NCBI GenBank assembly: GCA_017546025.1
Contig: JAFYYS010000035.1
Coordinates: 27,809-91,808, forward strand
Length of the DNA stretch: 64,000 bases
From: Lachnospiraceae bacterium
GTDB lineage: Bacteria; Bacillota; Clostridia; Lachnospirales; Lachnospiraceae
Reading direction: 5' to 3'
Program-made: the position numbers and the translations under genes
Part shown: positions 21,690 to 30,478 of the stretch, piece after piece
Position numbering within the stretch: position 1 is the first letter of the stretch
How the letters are laid out: each line of letters starts with the position of its first letter
Notes under the pieces: generated by a model
Told to the model about the DNA's origin: nothing
What the model saw: the letters and a program-made list of their open reading frames with translations, nothing else
Database searches by the model: none

Positions 21690-22943
21690 ATGGCGGAGTC
21701 AGGAAAGAAGAAATTCATTATGAAGCGCAAGCCGTTCATCATTACCATCATTGTGGTGTGCGTTGTGTTGGCAATTGCGGAGGTGCTGCTGTTAACCAAG
21801 GTGTTCTCCAAGAAGAACAATGAAAAGAAGAATGATAAGCAGTCCAATCAGCAGTCCGGGCAGCAGTCCGGGACGCCTGCACCGGCGGGGCCTGAAGATA
21901 TGAACAATGTGTGGAAGGTTGCAAGGGTGTTTGTTCAGTATGAGGGCTGTGAGAAAGAACTGTACCTGGAATACGAGTACGATGAATCGGGAAGAGAAAA
22001 GCAGATGACCGGTTCCTATAATCAGGAAAAATGCTACCAGAATGTGAAGAAACAGGATGGCGTATTTGTTACGGGATACATCGCCCTTTGCGGGGAAGAC
22101 GGCAATCTTGTCGACAATCTTGCCGCGCTGATGAGCGGATACAAAAAAGATTACTCCTTTGCGGAAAAGTTTGATACACGCGGAAATCTGATTGAAGTTT
22201 CAAAGGTGTATAACCAAACAGAAGAGGTATACGAAAGATGGGAATTTGAATTCGATGATCAGGACCGGGCCGTTAAAATGAAGGATTATTCGTTTATGAA
22301 CGGCGGTCTGGAGCTTTTTCGGTATTTCATCTTTCAATATGATTCCTTTGACCGTGTGAAATGTATGGAAGAGTACTGGACACAAGACGGCGACAGAATC
22401 ACGTCCAAGCTGGAATACGATTATGCAAACAACAAAATGATTCGTACTTTTTATGAAGGAAACTACTATGGTGATGGGGAAGAAACATATTGTGTCGCAG
22501 AGTTTTCCGGAAAGCAGAGAGAGACACTGAAGGACTATCGCGGAGAGAAGTGCGTAGGCGATACACGCTATCTTGTTTTGAAAGGCAATTTCCCTTCCGA
22601 CTCGTATTTTATTGACAATGTGTTTCCCTTTGGGAGAAAATTCTGTACACTCACCGCTGAGCTTACCTATCTTGACGGAAGCATGAGGAAAGAGGATTCC
22701 TGGGAGTATGATCAGCAAGGCCGCCCGATTGGCTTCTCGGAGTACGGTAATGAAATCTCTCTTTCCTATGATGAGCAGGGGTATTGCATAAGCGCCGACG
22801 TGACGACAAACGGAGCGCATAACAATTATGAGTACTCCTTCGACGAGCGCGGGAATCTGACAGAAGTCAGTTTTACGGAAGAACTTGAAGGCGGCGAAAA
22901 AGTGACATACTTTTATGAATGGGTCAAGCTTCCGAACCGTTAA
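21690..22943 (+). CDS. N-terminally membrane-anchored protein with YD/RHS-like short repeats
   Basis: A TM (PFIITIIVVCVVLAIAEVLLL) and a Q/S/N-rich linker are followed by repeated YxYDxxGR/N-like motifs (YEYDESGREK, FDTRGNLIEV, YDQQGRPIGF, FDERGNLTEV). ATG 21690 follows GTGAGGGGA. Confidence 0.7.
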   Translation: MAESGKKKFIMKRKPFIITIIVVCVVLAIAEVLLLTKVFSKKNNEKKNDKQSNQQSGQQSGTPAPAGPEDMNNVWKVARVFVQYEGCEKELYLEYEYDESGREKQMTGSYNQEKCYQNVKKQDGVFVTGYIALCGEDGNLVDNLAALMSGYKKDYSFAEKFDTRGNLIEVSKVYNQTEEVYERWEFEFDDQDRAVKMKDYSFMNGGLELFRYFIFQYDSFDRVKCMEEYWTQDGDRITSKLEYDYANNKMIRTFYEGNYYGDGEETYCVAEFSGKQRETLKDYRGEKCVGDTRYLVLKGNFPSDSYFIDNVFPFGRKFCTLTAELTYLDGSMRKEDSWEYDQQGRPIGFSEYGNEISLSYDEQGYCISADVTTNGAHNNYEYSFDERGNLTEVSFTEELEGGEKVTYFYEWVKLPNR

Positions 22944-23094
22944 AACCCCCGCGGAAACCGCACGAAACCTGCAGTTGCAACTGTCAGTTGACACATTTCA
23001 AGGTCGGCTTTATGGCATGTAACCGACGTTTCCGCTATGATGAGGGCACAAAGACACAAGCGCTTGGGTCCGAACAAAAACGGAGGAAAATGAT

Positions 23095-24072
23095 ATGATT
23101 TTAGCAGATAAGATTATTGATGAAAGAAAGAAAAACGGTTGGTCTCAGGAAGAACTTGCAGACCGTCTCGGGGTTTCGAGACAGGCCGTCAGCAAATGGG
23201 AGAGTGCACAGTCGGTTCCCGATCTGCAGCGCATCCTTGAAATGAGCAGACTGTTCGGTGTCAGCACCGACTACCTTTTAAAGGATGAAGAAGGCGTGCG
23301 CATCCAGGAGGACTATGATGAGGTCGGACGGACCGGCAGAATGGTTTCCTTAGAGGATGCAAACGAATTCCTTATCCATAATGAAAAATTCTCGAAGAAG
23401 ATTGCAATCGGTGTACCGATTTGCGTAGCATGCCCGGTGCCGCTTCTTCTGCTCCACGCGGCGCAGAAGCTCGGCTGGCTTTCCCTTTCGGATAATGCCG
23501 TCGCCGCGCTCGGCGTAACGTTGCTGTTCGTTTTCATCGCCTCGGCGCTTGCCCTGTTCATTCCCGCAGGAATCGCAAACAGCCGCTACAGCTGGCTTGA
23601 GAAAGAGTCCTTTGACACGGCCTACGGCGTGAACGGCATGGTCCGTGAGCGCGCAGAGCGCTTCCGCAGCCGTTTCGTAACCAGTATTACTGTCGGCGTC
23701 CTTTTGATTATCTTCGGCGTGACTGCACTCGTTCTGGCGACCTTCTTAAGCAATGAGAATGAAGGTGTTGCCATCGGCATGGCCGGATTCCTTTTGATCA
23801 CAATTGCTGCGGCCGTGCACCTGTTTGTATCCGCAGGCATCATCCAGAGCGGCTTTCAGAAGCTGCTCCAGGAGGGTGACTTCACCAAGGCGAAGAAGGA
23901 TCATTCCCTGATGAATCTCATCGCACCCGTATACTGGCTCACCATGACCGCGGCCTTCCTTTTCTGGGGTTTTGTCTTCGACGGATGGGGCATTTCCTGG
24001 GTCATCTGGCCGATTGCAGGCGTCGTATTTGCCATCATTGCGGCCGTCGTGCACTATGCAGAGGAGAAGTAA
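23095..24072 (+). CDS. XRE-family HTH regulator fused to a polytopic membrane domain
   Basis: The N-terminal NGWSQEELADRLGVSRQAVSKWESAQSVPDLQRILEMSRLFGVSTDYLL is followed by about 5 TM helices. Confidence 0.85.
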   Translation: MILADKIIDERKKNGWSQEELADRLGVSRQAVSKWESAQSVPDLQRILEMSRLFGVSTDYLLKDEEGVRIQEDYDEVGRTGRMVSLEDANEFLIHNEKFSKKIAIGVPICVACPVPLLLLHAAQKLGWLSLSDNAVAALGVTLLFVFIASALALFIPAGIANSRYSWLEKESFDTAYGVNGMVRERAERFRSRFVTSITVGVLLIIFGVTALVLATFLSNENEGVAIGMAGFLLITIAAAVHLFVSAGIIQSGFQKLLQEGDFTKAKKDHSLMNLIAPVYWLTMTAAFLFWGFVFDGWGISWVIWPIAGVVFAIIAAVVHYAEEK

Positions 24073-24131
24073 TATTTTCCTTCGAAAATTGTTGACACAA
24101 CGCAGGAAAACTGATATTATAACTTTTGCTT

Positions 24132-24215
24132 GCAGTTGTGGCGGAATTGGCATACGCGCATGATTCAGGTTCATGTCCATGTACTTGGGTGTGGGTTCAA
24201 GTCCCATCAACTGCA
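24132..24215 (+). tRNA. tRNA-Leu (anticodon CAG), type II with long variable arm
   Basis: Acceptor GCAGTTG/CAACTGC, anticodon stem CATGA/TCATG with loop TTCAGGT, T-arm GTGGG-TTCAAGT-CCCAT, discriminator A. No CCA is encoded. Confidence 0.9.
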
Positions 24216-24222
24216 CAAAAGA

Positions 24223-24258
24223 AGAGCTGTTGCGAATTTGCAACAGCTCTTTTCTTTT
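24223..24258. terminator. Bidirectional terminator hairpin
   Basis: AGAGCTGTTGC-gaattt-GCAACAGCTCT, flanked by an A-run upstream and a T-run downstream. It sits between tRNA-Leu (+) and GH5 (-). Confidence 0.8.
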
Positions 24259-24272
24259 CGTGGAAAATGTGA

Positions 24273-25322
24273 CTACGCCTCGTGCTTCATTACCGCAAGA
24301 AGGCGGTCTCTCACGCCGTCCATACGGGCGTCGTCGATGCCGAAATCCATCCGGCGGTAGCTCCAGGCGGCGGAACCGATTGCGTAGCGGCGCATCGTCT
24401 TATGGAAGGCGCTGTACCAGAGGAGAGCCTCCTCGGGATCGACGCGGTCGATGACTCCGTACTCACCGCAGTAAAGCGGAACGTTACGCTCCTCGGCAAC
24501 CTTGATGGCATCTGCAAACAGTGCTTCAAAGTAGTTTTCGTCCGGCGTGCCGTCGGGGTTAAAACGGTCAAACGAAGCGGAGAATGCGGCACCAAGCTGC
24601 TCAACGCTTTTCTTCGCATAATCTGCGTACTTCATGCCGAACGGGCAGCGGAACGAGGTGTCCATAGAAGCAATCCACGGCGCGCCCTGGTGCGTGAACA
24701 GAAGCGGCTCATAGCAGTGGAAGTTATAAATGATATGCGCGTCCTGCGGCATTCCGAGGTCGCGGACAGCCTCAACGCTGTTGTTGTAGTAGCCACCGAC
24801 AAGAATGGAGATGTCGGGAGCAATCGCGCGAATCTTTTTGATGCAGGTGTCCGCAACGCGGTTCCAAGCCTCGCAGTACTCCTTCGCGGTCACTTCGTTT
24901 AAAAGCTCGAACGCAAGGCAGTCGGTACAGCTGCCGTACCGCTTCGCAAGCTCTTCCCAGATGCGGTAGAACGTTTCCTGACACTCGGGAAGCTCGAAAA
25001 GGCCGTTCTCCTTTACACCCGGGTCAAAAGAGAAGCCGGGCGTTCTGTGCAGGTCAAGAATCATGTTAAGGCCGTTCTCGCGGCACTGTGCAACGGCAAA
25101 ATCGATATAACGGAAGCGGTCATTAAGGAACGAGCCGTCCGCTCCTAAAAACAAATCATAGTCCACGGGGATGCGGATGTGGTCGAGTCCCCAGGAAGCC
25201 ACCTTCTTAAAATCGTCCGCGCCGATGAAGGAATCGTAATGCGTTTCCGTGTGGCGGCATTGGGAAAGCCATCCGCCGAAATTAATGCCGTGTTCATATC
25301 CGGGCCAGTTTCTCATAATCAT
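24273..25322 (-). CDS. Glycoside hydrolase family 5 (cellulase/cellodextrinase-like), no signal peptide
   Basis: GINFGGWLSQ, HIRIPVDYD, FELLNEV (acid/base Glu) and YCGEYGV (nucleophile Glu) blocks. Confidence 0.88.
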   Translation of the reverse strand: MIMRNWPGYEHGINFGGWLSQCRHTETHYDSFIGADDFKKVASWGLDHIRIPVDYDLFLGADGSFLNDRFRYIDFAVAQCRENGLNMILDLHRTPGFSFDPGVKENGLFELPECQETFYRIWEELAKRYGSCTDCLAFELLNEVTAKEYCEAWNRVADTCIKKIRAIAPDISILVGGYYNNSVEAVRDLGMPQDAHIIYNFHCYEPLLFTHQGAPWIASMDTSFRCPFGMKYADYAKKSVEQLGAAFSASFDRFNPDGTPDENYFEALFADAIKVAEERNVPLYCGEYGVIDRVDPEEALLWYSAFHKTMRRYAIGSAAWSYRRMDFGIDDARMDGVRDRLLAVMKHEA

Positions 25323-25385
25323 CCTCTTTTCATTACTTAATGATAATAAGGGGGCACACCCGAAAGAGTGTGCCGCCCGAATTAA

Positions 25386-26192
25386 TTAGTTCAGCTGTGA
25401 ACCGCAGTACTCGCAGCAGCCGCCCTGGGGAACGGTCTTTGCACCGCAGAACGGGCAGATTACGGGCTCAACGGGAGCGGCCGGCTGAGGTGCCGGGGCA
25501 GCGTTACGTGCGCCGAAATCAGTAGGAGCAGCGTTCTTCATTTGATCAACGGCATCCTTGATCTGCGTGCCGATGTTCAGACAGTCATAGTATTCTTTTG
25601 TGCGAAGGTTGGTGCCGATGCCGGTCGTGTGGATGGTCCAGCCGTTCGGATTGGCGGTCATCTGCTGCTCGCCGGTCTTGATGTAGCCGCTCGAAACACC
25701 GAATTCCATCTCGTCGAAGTAAGGATTGCTGACGCGAATCGTTGCCTTCAGATTGTAGGAATACTCATATCTGGGCGGATTGTAGCTGACAAGACGTCCG
25801 TTAGCGTCCTTCTGCTTCAGCTCGTTGCGGCTTTCCTGAATGTCCAGGTTGCAGCCGAGCGCCTGTGAAAAATCAAGCACATCGGGATTGGCCTTCACCA
25901 GATCGGTGGCCGAGGTTACCATAAACTTACGCGCGTTGTCATCAATCAACAGCTTGGTGTACTTACCGAGCGTTCTCGTGACATGAAAAGCGGCAACGGC
26001 AGCCTTGTTCTGCTCGCGGTAAGCAAGCTGCTGCTCGATGTCAGCCTTGGTGCTGTGACGTCTCTCGCTGAACCACGGAGAAAGCTTCGAAGCGCAGTCC
26101 TTGCACATGTTGCCGTCCTCGAGCTTCCGGTTGCCGAGAAGACCGATTTTGTTTCCGCAGAAATCACAGAATTTCTTATCAAAGAGTCCCAT
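25386..26192 (-). CDS. Zinc-ribbon protein of unknown function
   Basis: N-terminal CDFCGN...CKDC and C-terminal CPFCGAKT...CCEYCG Cys pairs. ATG 26192 follows AAGGAAGG. The upstream ATG at 26234 lacks an RBS. Confidence 0.7.
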   Translation of the reverse strand: MGLFDKKFCDFCGNKIGLLGNRKLEDGNMCKDCASKLSPWFSERRHSTKADIEQQLAYREQNKAAVAAFHVTRTLGKYTKLLIDDNARKFMVTSATDLVKANPDVLDFSQALGCNLDIQESRNELKQKDANGRLVSYNPPRYEYSYNLKATIRVSNPYFDEMEFGVSSGYIKTGEQQMTANPNGWTIHTTGIGTNLRTKEYYDCLNIGTQIKDAVDQMKNAAPTDFGARNAAPAPQPAAPVEPVICPFCGAKTVPQGGCCEYCGSQLN

Positions 26193-26361
26193 GGAAATGA
26201 CCTTCCTTTTCTTTTGATTCTCTAATTGTACCATAGAACACCTGCCGATTCAAGAAATAACCGAGGCGGAAGTTACGTTGTCTTTCGCGGTGAAATCTGC
26301 TATAATGGGACCGAAGTCTGACGAAAAAGTCCCTTCGGGACTATGGATGAGGAAACGCGTA

Positions 26362-27324
26362 ATGAAGAGCGAAATGATTCGTAAGATAACCGCACTTGTT
26401 TTGGCGGCCTGTCTTGTATTCGGGCTTGCCGGATGCGGTAAGAAGAGTGCTTCGAAGGAGGGGGAGGTTACACCCGAACCCACAAAGGAGCAGCAGGCGG
26501 AGCCAAGCCCCGAAAAGCCGCAGAATACGCCGACGGAGGTTCCGAGAACCAAGCGCGGCATCATCGATGAGATGCTTGCGGCTTACGGCGCATTCGGGGG
26601 CGCTGCGAAGAACCGTGTGAATACACTTCTTTCGGATCTCAAGCAGATGGACCCGGCTGAAGCGGAGCGATGGGAACGCATCGTAACGATGTGGCAGTCG
26701 ATTGACGATACGGCCGTGAACTTTGACTGCCTCCCGGACGGGCTTCCCGACACGGACGAGCTTTGTATTGTGGCACTGGGGTTCCAGCTTGCATCTGACG
26801 GAAGCATGCTGACGGAACTGAAGGAACGGCTGAAGGTGCTTTATAAGAGCGCAAATAAGTATCCGAACGCCCTGATCGTCTGCACGGGCGGCGGAACGGC
26901 AGCGGACAATCCGGAAGCGACGGAAGCCGGTAAGATGGCGGAATGGCTGATCGCCTTTGGCATCGCCCCGGAGCGCATTATCGTCGAGGACCGGTCCATC
27001 ACGACCGCGCAGAATGCCATCTACACCCTCGGCATCCTCCATGAGAAATACCCTCAAGTCAAAAAGCTCGCTATCATCTCCAGCGACTATCACATTCCGA
27101 CCGGCGTTTTGCTGTTTGAGGCGGAGTCCATGCTTCATGCCGAAAGCGAAGAAGCCCGTGTCAAGGTCGTTTCGAACGCCGCGTGGGATGCTCCCACGGG
27201 AACGCTTTCCCGGATGTTCCAGGCGGGCGCGCTGATCGAAATCTCGGGCAACATCGAGACCGCCTTTGACATCTATTATGATAATTATGATATTCACGAA
27301 CTGCCGCCGCTTGACGGCAGGTAA
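26362..27324 (+). CDS. Lipoprotein with a YdcF/DUF218 (ElyC/SanA-like) domain
   Basis: Lipobox VFGLAGCG. DUF218-like blocks: LCIVALGFQL, LIVCTGGG, AGKMAEWL, IIVEDRSITTAQNA and IISSDYHIPTG. Confidence 0.8.
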   Translation: MKSEMIRKITALVLAACLVFGLAGCGKKSASKEGEVTPEPTKEQQAEPSPEKPQNTPTEVPRTKRGIIDEMLAAYGAFGGAAKNRVNTLLSDLKQMDPAEAERWERIVTMWQSIDDTAVNFDCLPDGLPDTDELCIVALGFQLASDGSMLTELKERLKVLYKSANKYPNALIVCTGGGTAADNPEATEAGKMAEWLIAFGIAPERIIVEDRSITTAQNAIYTLGILHEKYPQVKKLAIISSDYHIPTGVLLFEAESMLHAESEEARVKVVSNAAWDAPTGTLSRMFQAGALIEISGNIETAFDIYYDNYDIHELPPLDGR

Positions 27325-27333
27325 GGAGGCTAC

Positions 27334-27675
27334 ATGGCTACGGTAAATGTGTATGAGCAGTACTTCGAAGCTTCGTGCGAATATAACGGCGTGCCGAGAA
27401 AGGCAGCGCTTGTCATGCTGACGGCGGATTCCTGCGACGGCAACATCCGCTACAGCGCGGGTGTCACATTTTTCCCGCATCGGGACGAAGAGGACTTTGC
27501 GGTATCCTACGATGCCTTCTTCGAAAAGATGCTGTTTGAGGGAAAGGGACGCCGTTCCAAAAAGCGTGAGCAGGCCTTCCTTGCGGATTTCCGGACGGCA
27601 GTCGACGAACTGGCGGCAGAGCAGAATGCAGAGGTGTTCTGGGACAGGCCGCTCGGCGGCGAAAGAAGAGGATAA
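27334..27675 (+). CDS. Hypothetical protein (113 aa)
   Basis: ATG preceded by AAGGAGG. It is tightly linked to the upstream gene. No family is recognised. Confidence 0.55.
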   Translation: MATVNVYEQYFEASCEYNGVPRKAALVMLTADSCDGNIRYSAGVTFFPHRDEEDFAVSYDAFFEKMLFEGKGRRSKKREQAFLADFRTAVDELAAEQNAEVFWDRPLGGERRG

Positions 27676-27760
27676 AGATAGCTGACACCCCTTGTAAGCG
27701 TCCTCATTTTCCGATATAATAATTCTGTTAAGAACCATACGGTTGAAGGGAGCAAAGACG

Positions 27761-28333
27761 ATGGAAGAGCGCAGAAAGAATAATTCCGTGAGACAGTTTT
27801 GTATCGTGACGTTGTTTTGGCTTTTGGCAGCAGGGCTTTCCTTTGTGTGCAGTGAGATTCAGGTCTCCGAAATCCGTGATACCGGCGAATCCCACACGGG
27901 TTCATTTCTGAACGGAACGCTCTATTCCTATAATCTCACCAATTACATCATCGGAGCGGTGCTGTTCTTCGGAATCTTCATGCTTTTGTGGTTCTTCATC
28001 ATGAGGGGGCGTTTCCCGAAGATCCGCAGATGCCACATCATCGGGCAGGTCGGCTGCATTCTGATTACGGTGGCAGGACTGTTCGGCATATTTGCCGCGA
28101 CGGTATATACCGATATGAATGCAACCGGTATCTTCAGCGGAATCAGGGAGGAATTCCTGGAAGCGCTGACGCTGATCGGCTGGGTGCTCTTTGCGTTTTT
28201 GTTCACCCTTGCGGGGACGGTCGGCGGCTTTTCGAGAGAGAAGAAGTTCGGCCGCGAGGGCAGGCCGCATCCGCACGGTCACAGACCGCCGGAGGGCCCT
28301 CACAAGCCTGACGGAGAGAAGAAGTTTAAATAA
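27761..28333 (+). CDS. Hypothetical polytopic membrane protein with a His/Pro/Lys-rich tail
   Basis: 4 predicted TM helices. ATG 27761 lies 8 nt after GAAGGGAG. Tail: GRPHPHGHRPPEGPHKPDGEKKFK. Confidence 0.6.
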   Translation: MEERRKNNSVRQFCIVTLFWLLAAGLSFVCSEIQVSEIRDTGESHTGSFLNGTLYSYNLTNYIIGAVLFFGIFMLLWFFIMRGRFPKIRRCHIIGQVGCILITVAGLFGIFAATVYTDMNATGIFSGIREEFLEALTLIGWVLFAFLFTLAGTVGGFSREKKFGREGRPHPHGHRPPEGPHKPDGEKKFK

Positions 28334-28340
28334 TCAATTC

Positions 28341-28380
28341 CACCCTTCAAATCAGTAAAACCGGTTTGAAGGGTGTTGTT
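28341..28380 (+). terminator. Terminator preceding the six-paralog array
   Basis: CACCCTTCAA / TTGAAGGGTG stem followed by TTGTT. Confidence 0.6.
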
Positions 28381-28443
28381 ATGATTTGAATGTTAAATCG
28401 AGGTAAAATCGGCCTCTATACTGTGGTAAATGTGACTTACAAA

Positions 28444-28452
28444 TGCTATACT
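28444..28452 (+). promoter_or_regulatory. Extended -10 (TGcTATACT), candidate promoter of the six-paralog operon
   Basis: Read directly. The 9-mer CTATACTGT occurs twice, 30 nt apart (28416 and 28446). Confidence 0.35.
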
Positions 28453-28523
28453 GTCATGCAAATGAAAGACTTGAAAAAGTGCCTTCAGGCACCATGCGGG
28501 GGAAGGAATCCGGTTAAGAAACC

Positions 28524-29507
28524 ATGATGACGGATGAACAGAAAATCGAACAGATTGAGGAATTTCGAACAAAAGCTTTAAGTAAAAAAAGATTCCTCGG
28601 GATTTGGATTTTTTTAGTTATCGTGACGGTGCTTGGCCTGACCGCTTTCCTGGCAGACAGAATGGGGGATGAGGGTTTTCCTGCCATTATGCTTTTATGG
28701 ATTCTGGGAGCCCTGAGTGTTACGGGATTGGGTATGGCAATTCACAATCTGAAAGGTGATTATTCGGAAGAGATAAAATGTTACCTGGTTGAGACCGCCG
28801 CAGAGGGGATGTTCGACAGTTTTTCCTACAGGCCGGAAGAAGGGTTCCTGGTGGATGATCTGTGCAATGCAGATATGATGAAAATCCGTGCCTGCAAAAC
28901 CGACGATATGATGGTCGGAGAATATAATGACGTGACGTTTGTCCATGGGGATGTAACGATTAATGCCGATAGTGAATCCCTCGGAGCGCCGTTTTACGGA
29001 ACCTGGACAGTATACTCGTTTTTGAAGCCGTTCACATCAGATTTACAGGTTACAACGGTAGAGATGCTGTCTCACAGCCGGGTAAACCGCACATTTTTCA
29101 CGAAGAAAGATGAGAAGAGGCATCTGTTTTTGACGGGAGACACGGAGTTTGACGACTTGTTCGCATGCTCCGGACAGGACGAGCAGGAAGCGATGACACT
29201 TCTGACGCCGGCAGTCAGAAAACGGCTGATTCGCATCTATCAGGACACCGGACTTCCGATGATTATCGGCTGGAAGGACAAGGAGCTGCATTTCATTACC
29301 GGAAATGCGCTTGCCCCGTTTGGTTATGAACTGGAAGCAACGCTTGATTATGAGGCCATGCTTGCGGAAACCAGAAGAAAACTCTATCTGATCAGAAGAG
29401 TTATAGAAGAACTGATCATGAGCCGCAGCGTCTTTTCGGAGTATGCGCTCGAGGAGTACTCGATGCCTGTTGATACAGAGCACGAAGAAGGATTGAGAAG
29501 ACAGTGA
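28524..29507 (+). CDS. Two-TM membrane protein, DUF3137-like, paralog 1 of 6
   Basis: - TM hairpin: FLGIWIFLVIVTVLGLTAFLA / FPAIMLLWILGALSVTGLGMAI.
- Shared blocks: CYLVETAAEGMFDSFSY, GEYNDVTF, GTWTVYSF, TGDTEFDDLFACSGQDEQEAMTLLTP.
- The DUF3137 label is from memory of the family consensus and is not verified. Confidence 0.85.
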   Translation: MMTDEQKIEQIEEFRTKALSKKRFLGIWIFLVIVTVLGLTAFLADRMGDEGFPAIMLLWILGALSVTGLGMAIHNLKGDYSEEIKCYLVETAAEGMFDSFSYRPEEGFLVDDLCNADMMKIRACKTDDMMVGEYNDVTFVHGDVTINADSESLGAPFYGTWTVYSFLKPFTSDLQVTTVEMLSHSRVNRTFFTKKDEKRHLFLTGDTEFDDLFACSGQDEQEAMTLLTPAVRKRLIRIYQDTGLPMIIGWKDKELHFITGNALAPFGYELEATLDYEAMLAETRRKLYLIRRVIEELIMSRSVFSEYALEEYSMPVDTEHEEGLRRQ

Positions 29508-30478
29508 GAACGGAAGAAGATATCAAACTGATTCAGAAAAGGGCGAAAAGAAGAAATATCATCTATTGGGGATGGATTGTCGCTCTGATTATCGCCGGCG
29601 CATGCATAACCGGTGCGTTGAACGATGCATTGGAGTGGGACCGCGCTTTTCCGTGGATTATGGTTCTTTGGGTTTTGTTTACCATGGTGATTCTGGGACT
29701 CGGTGTTGCGTTATTCGACCTTTCTTCGTCGTTTTCGAAGGATATCAAGAAGTATCTTGTGGAAACTGCTTCGGATGGGATGTTTGACAGCTTCTCCTAT
29801 AATCCGGACGAGGGTTTCAGCGTAGATGTGTTAGACAAAGCGGATATGATGAGGGGAGTCTATTCCTGCAGCACCGACGACATGATGCGCGGAGAATATA
29901 ATGATGTGAAGTTCTGCCGCGGGGATGTCAGCATTAATACGGGAAGCACCGTATCCAGTACGTTTCACGGATCGTGGACGCTGTATTCCTTTATGAAACC
30001 GTTCATTTCGGATCTGCAGGTCACGACGCAGGAGATGGTGGCGCACAGCCGTGTGAACCGCACAATCTTTACGAGAAAAGAAGAAAAGAGACATCTGTTC
30101 AAAACCGGTGATCCGGAGTTCGACAGCATATTTGTGTGTTCCGGACAGGATGAACAGGAGGCTATGACACTGCTGACGCCGACAGTCAGAAAACGGCTGA
30201 TCCGACTCTATCAGGATACCGGGCTTCCGATGATTGTCGGATGGAAGGACAACGAGCTGCATTTCATCACCGGAAATGCGCTTGCCCCGTACGGTTACAG
30301 AATCCATTCGAAGATGGATCTTGAGGCCATGGTCGCAGATACGAGAAGAAAGCTTTATCTGACCAGAAGAGTCATTGAAGAGCTGATTATGAGCCGCAGC
30401 GTCTTTTCGGAGTATGCGCTTGAGCAGTATTCGATGCCTGTTGATGCGGGACACGGAGAGGAATTAAGAAGACAGTGA
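29504..30478 (+). CDS. Two-TM membrane protein, DUF3137-like, paralog 2 of 6
   Basis: Its GTG start overlaps the paralog-1 stop (GTGA). It has the same architecture and, by eye, is roughly three-quarters identical to paralog 1 over the C-terminal ~200 aa. Confidence 0.85.
   Translation: MRTEEDIKLIQKRAKRRNIIYWGWIVALIIAGACITGALNDALEWDRAFPWIMVLWVLFTMVILGLGVALFDLSSSFSKDIKKYLVETASDGMFDSFSYNPDEGFSVDVLDKADMMRGVYSCSTDDMMRGEYNDVKFCRGDVSINTGSTVSSTFHGSWTLYSFMKPFISDLQVTTQEMVAHSRVNRTIFTRKEEKRHLFKTGDPEFDSIFVCSGQDEQEAMTLLTPTVRKRLIRLYQDTGLPMIVGWKDNELHFITGNALAPYGYRIHSKMDLEAMVADTRRKLYLTRRVIEELIMSRSVFSEYALEQYSMPVDAGHGEELRRQ

Noticed and set aside
23095-24072. Prophage repressor or antitoxin interpretation of the XRE HTH gene.
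   Set aside because: The protein is 325 aa with a polytopic membrane domain. It has no adjacent small toxin or phage genes, and the neighbouring genes are chromosomal housekeeping genes and a tRNA.
26341-27738. 465-aa ORF on the minus strand.
   Set aside because: It is antisense to the DUF218 lipoprotein and the following small gene. It has no RBS and no recognisable motifs, while the + strand has the lipobox and DUF218 blocks.
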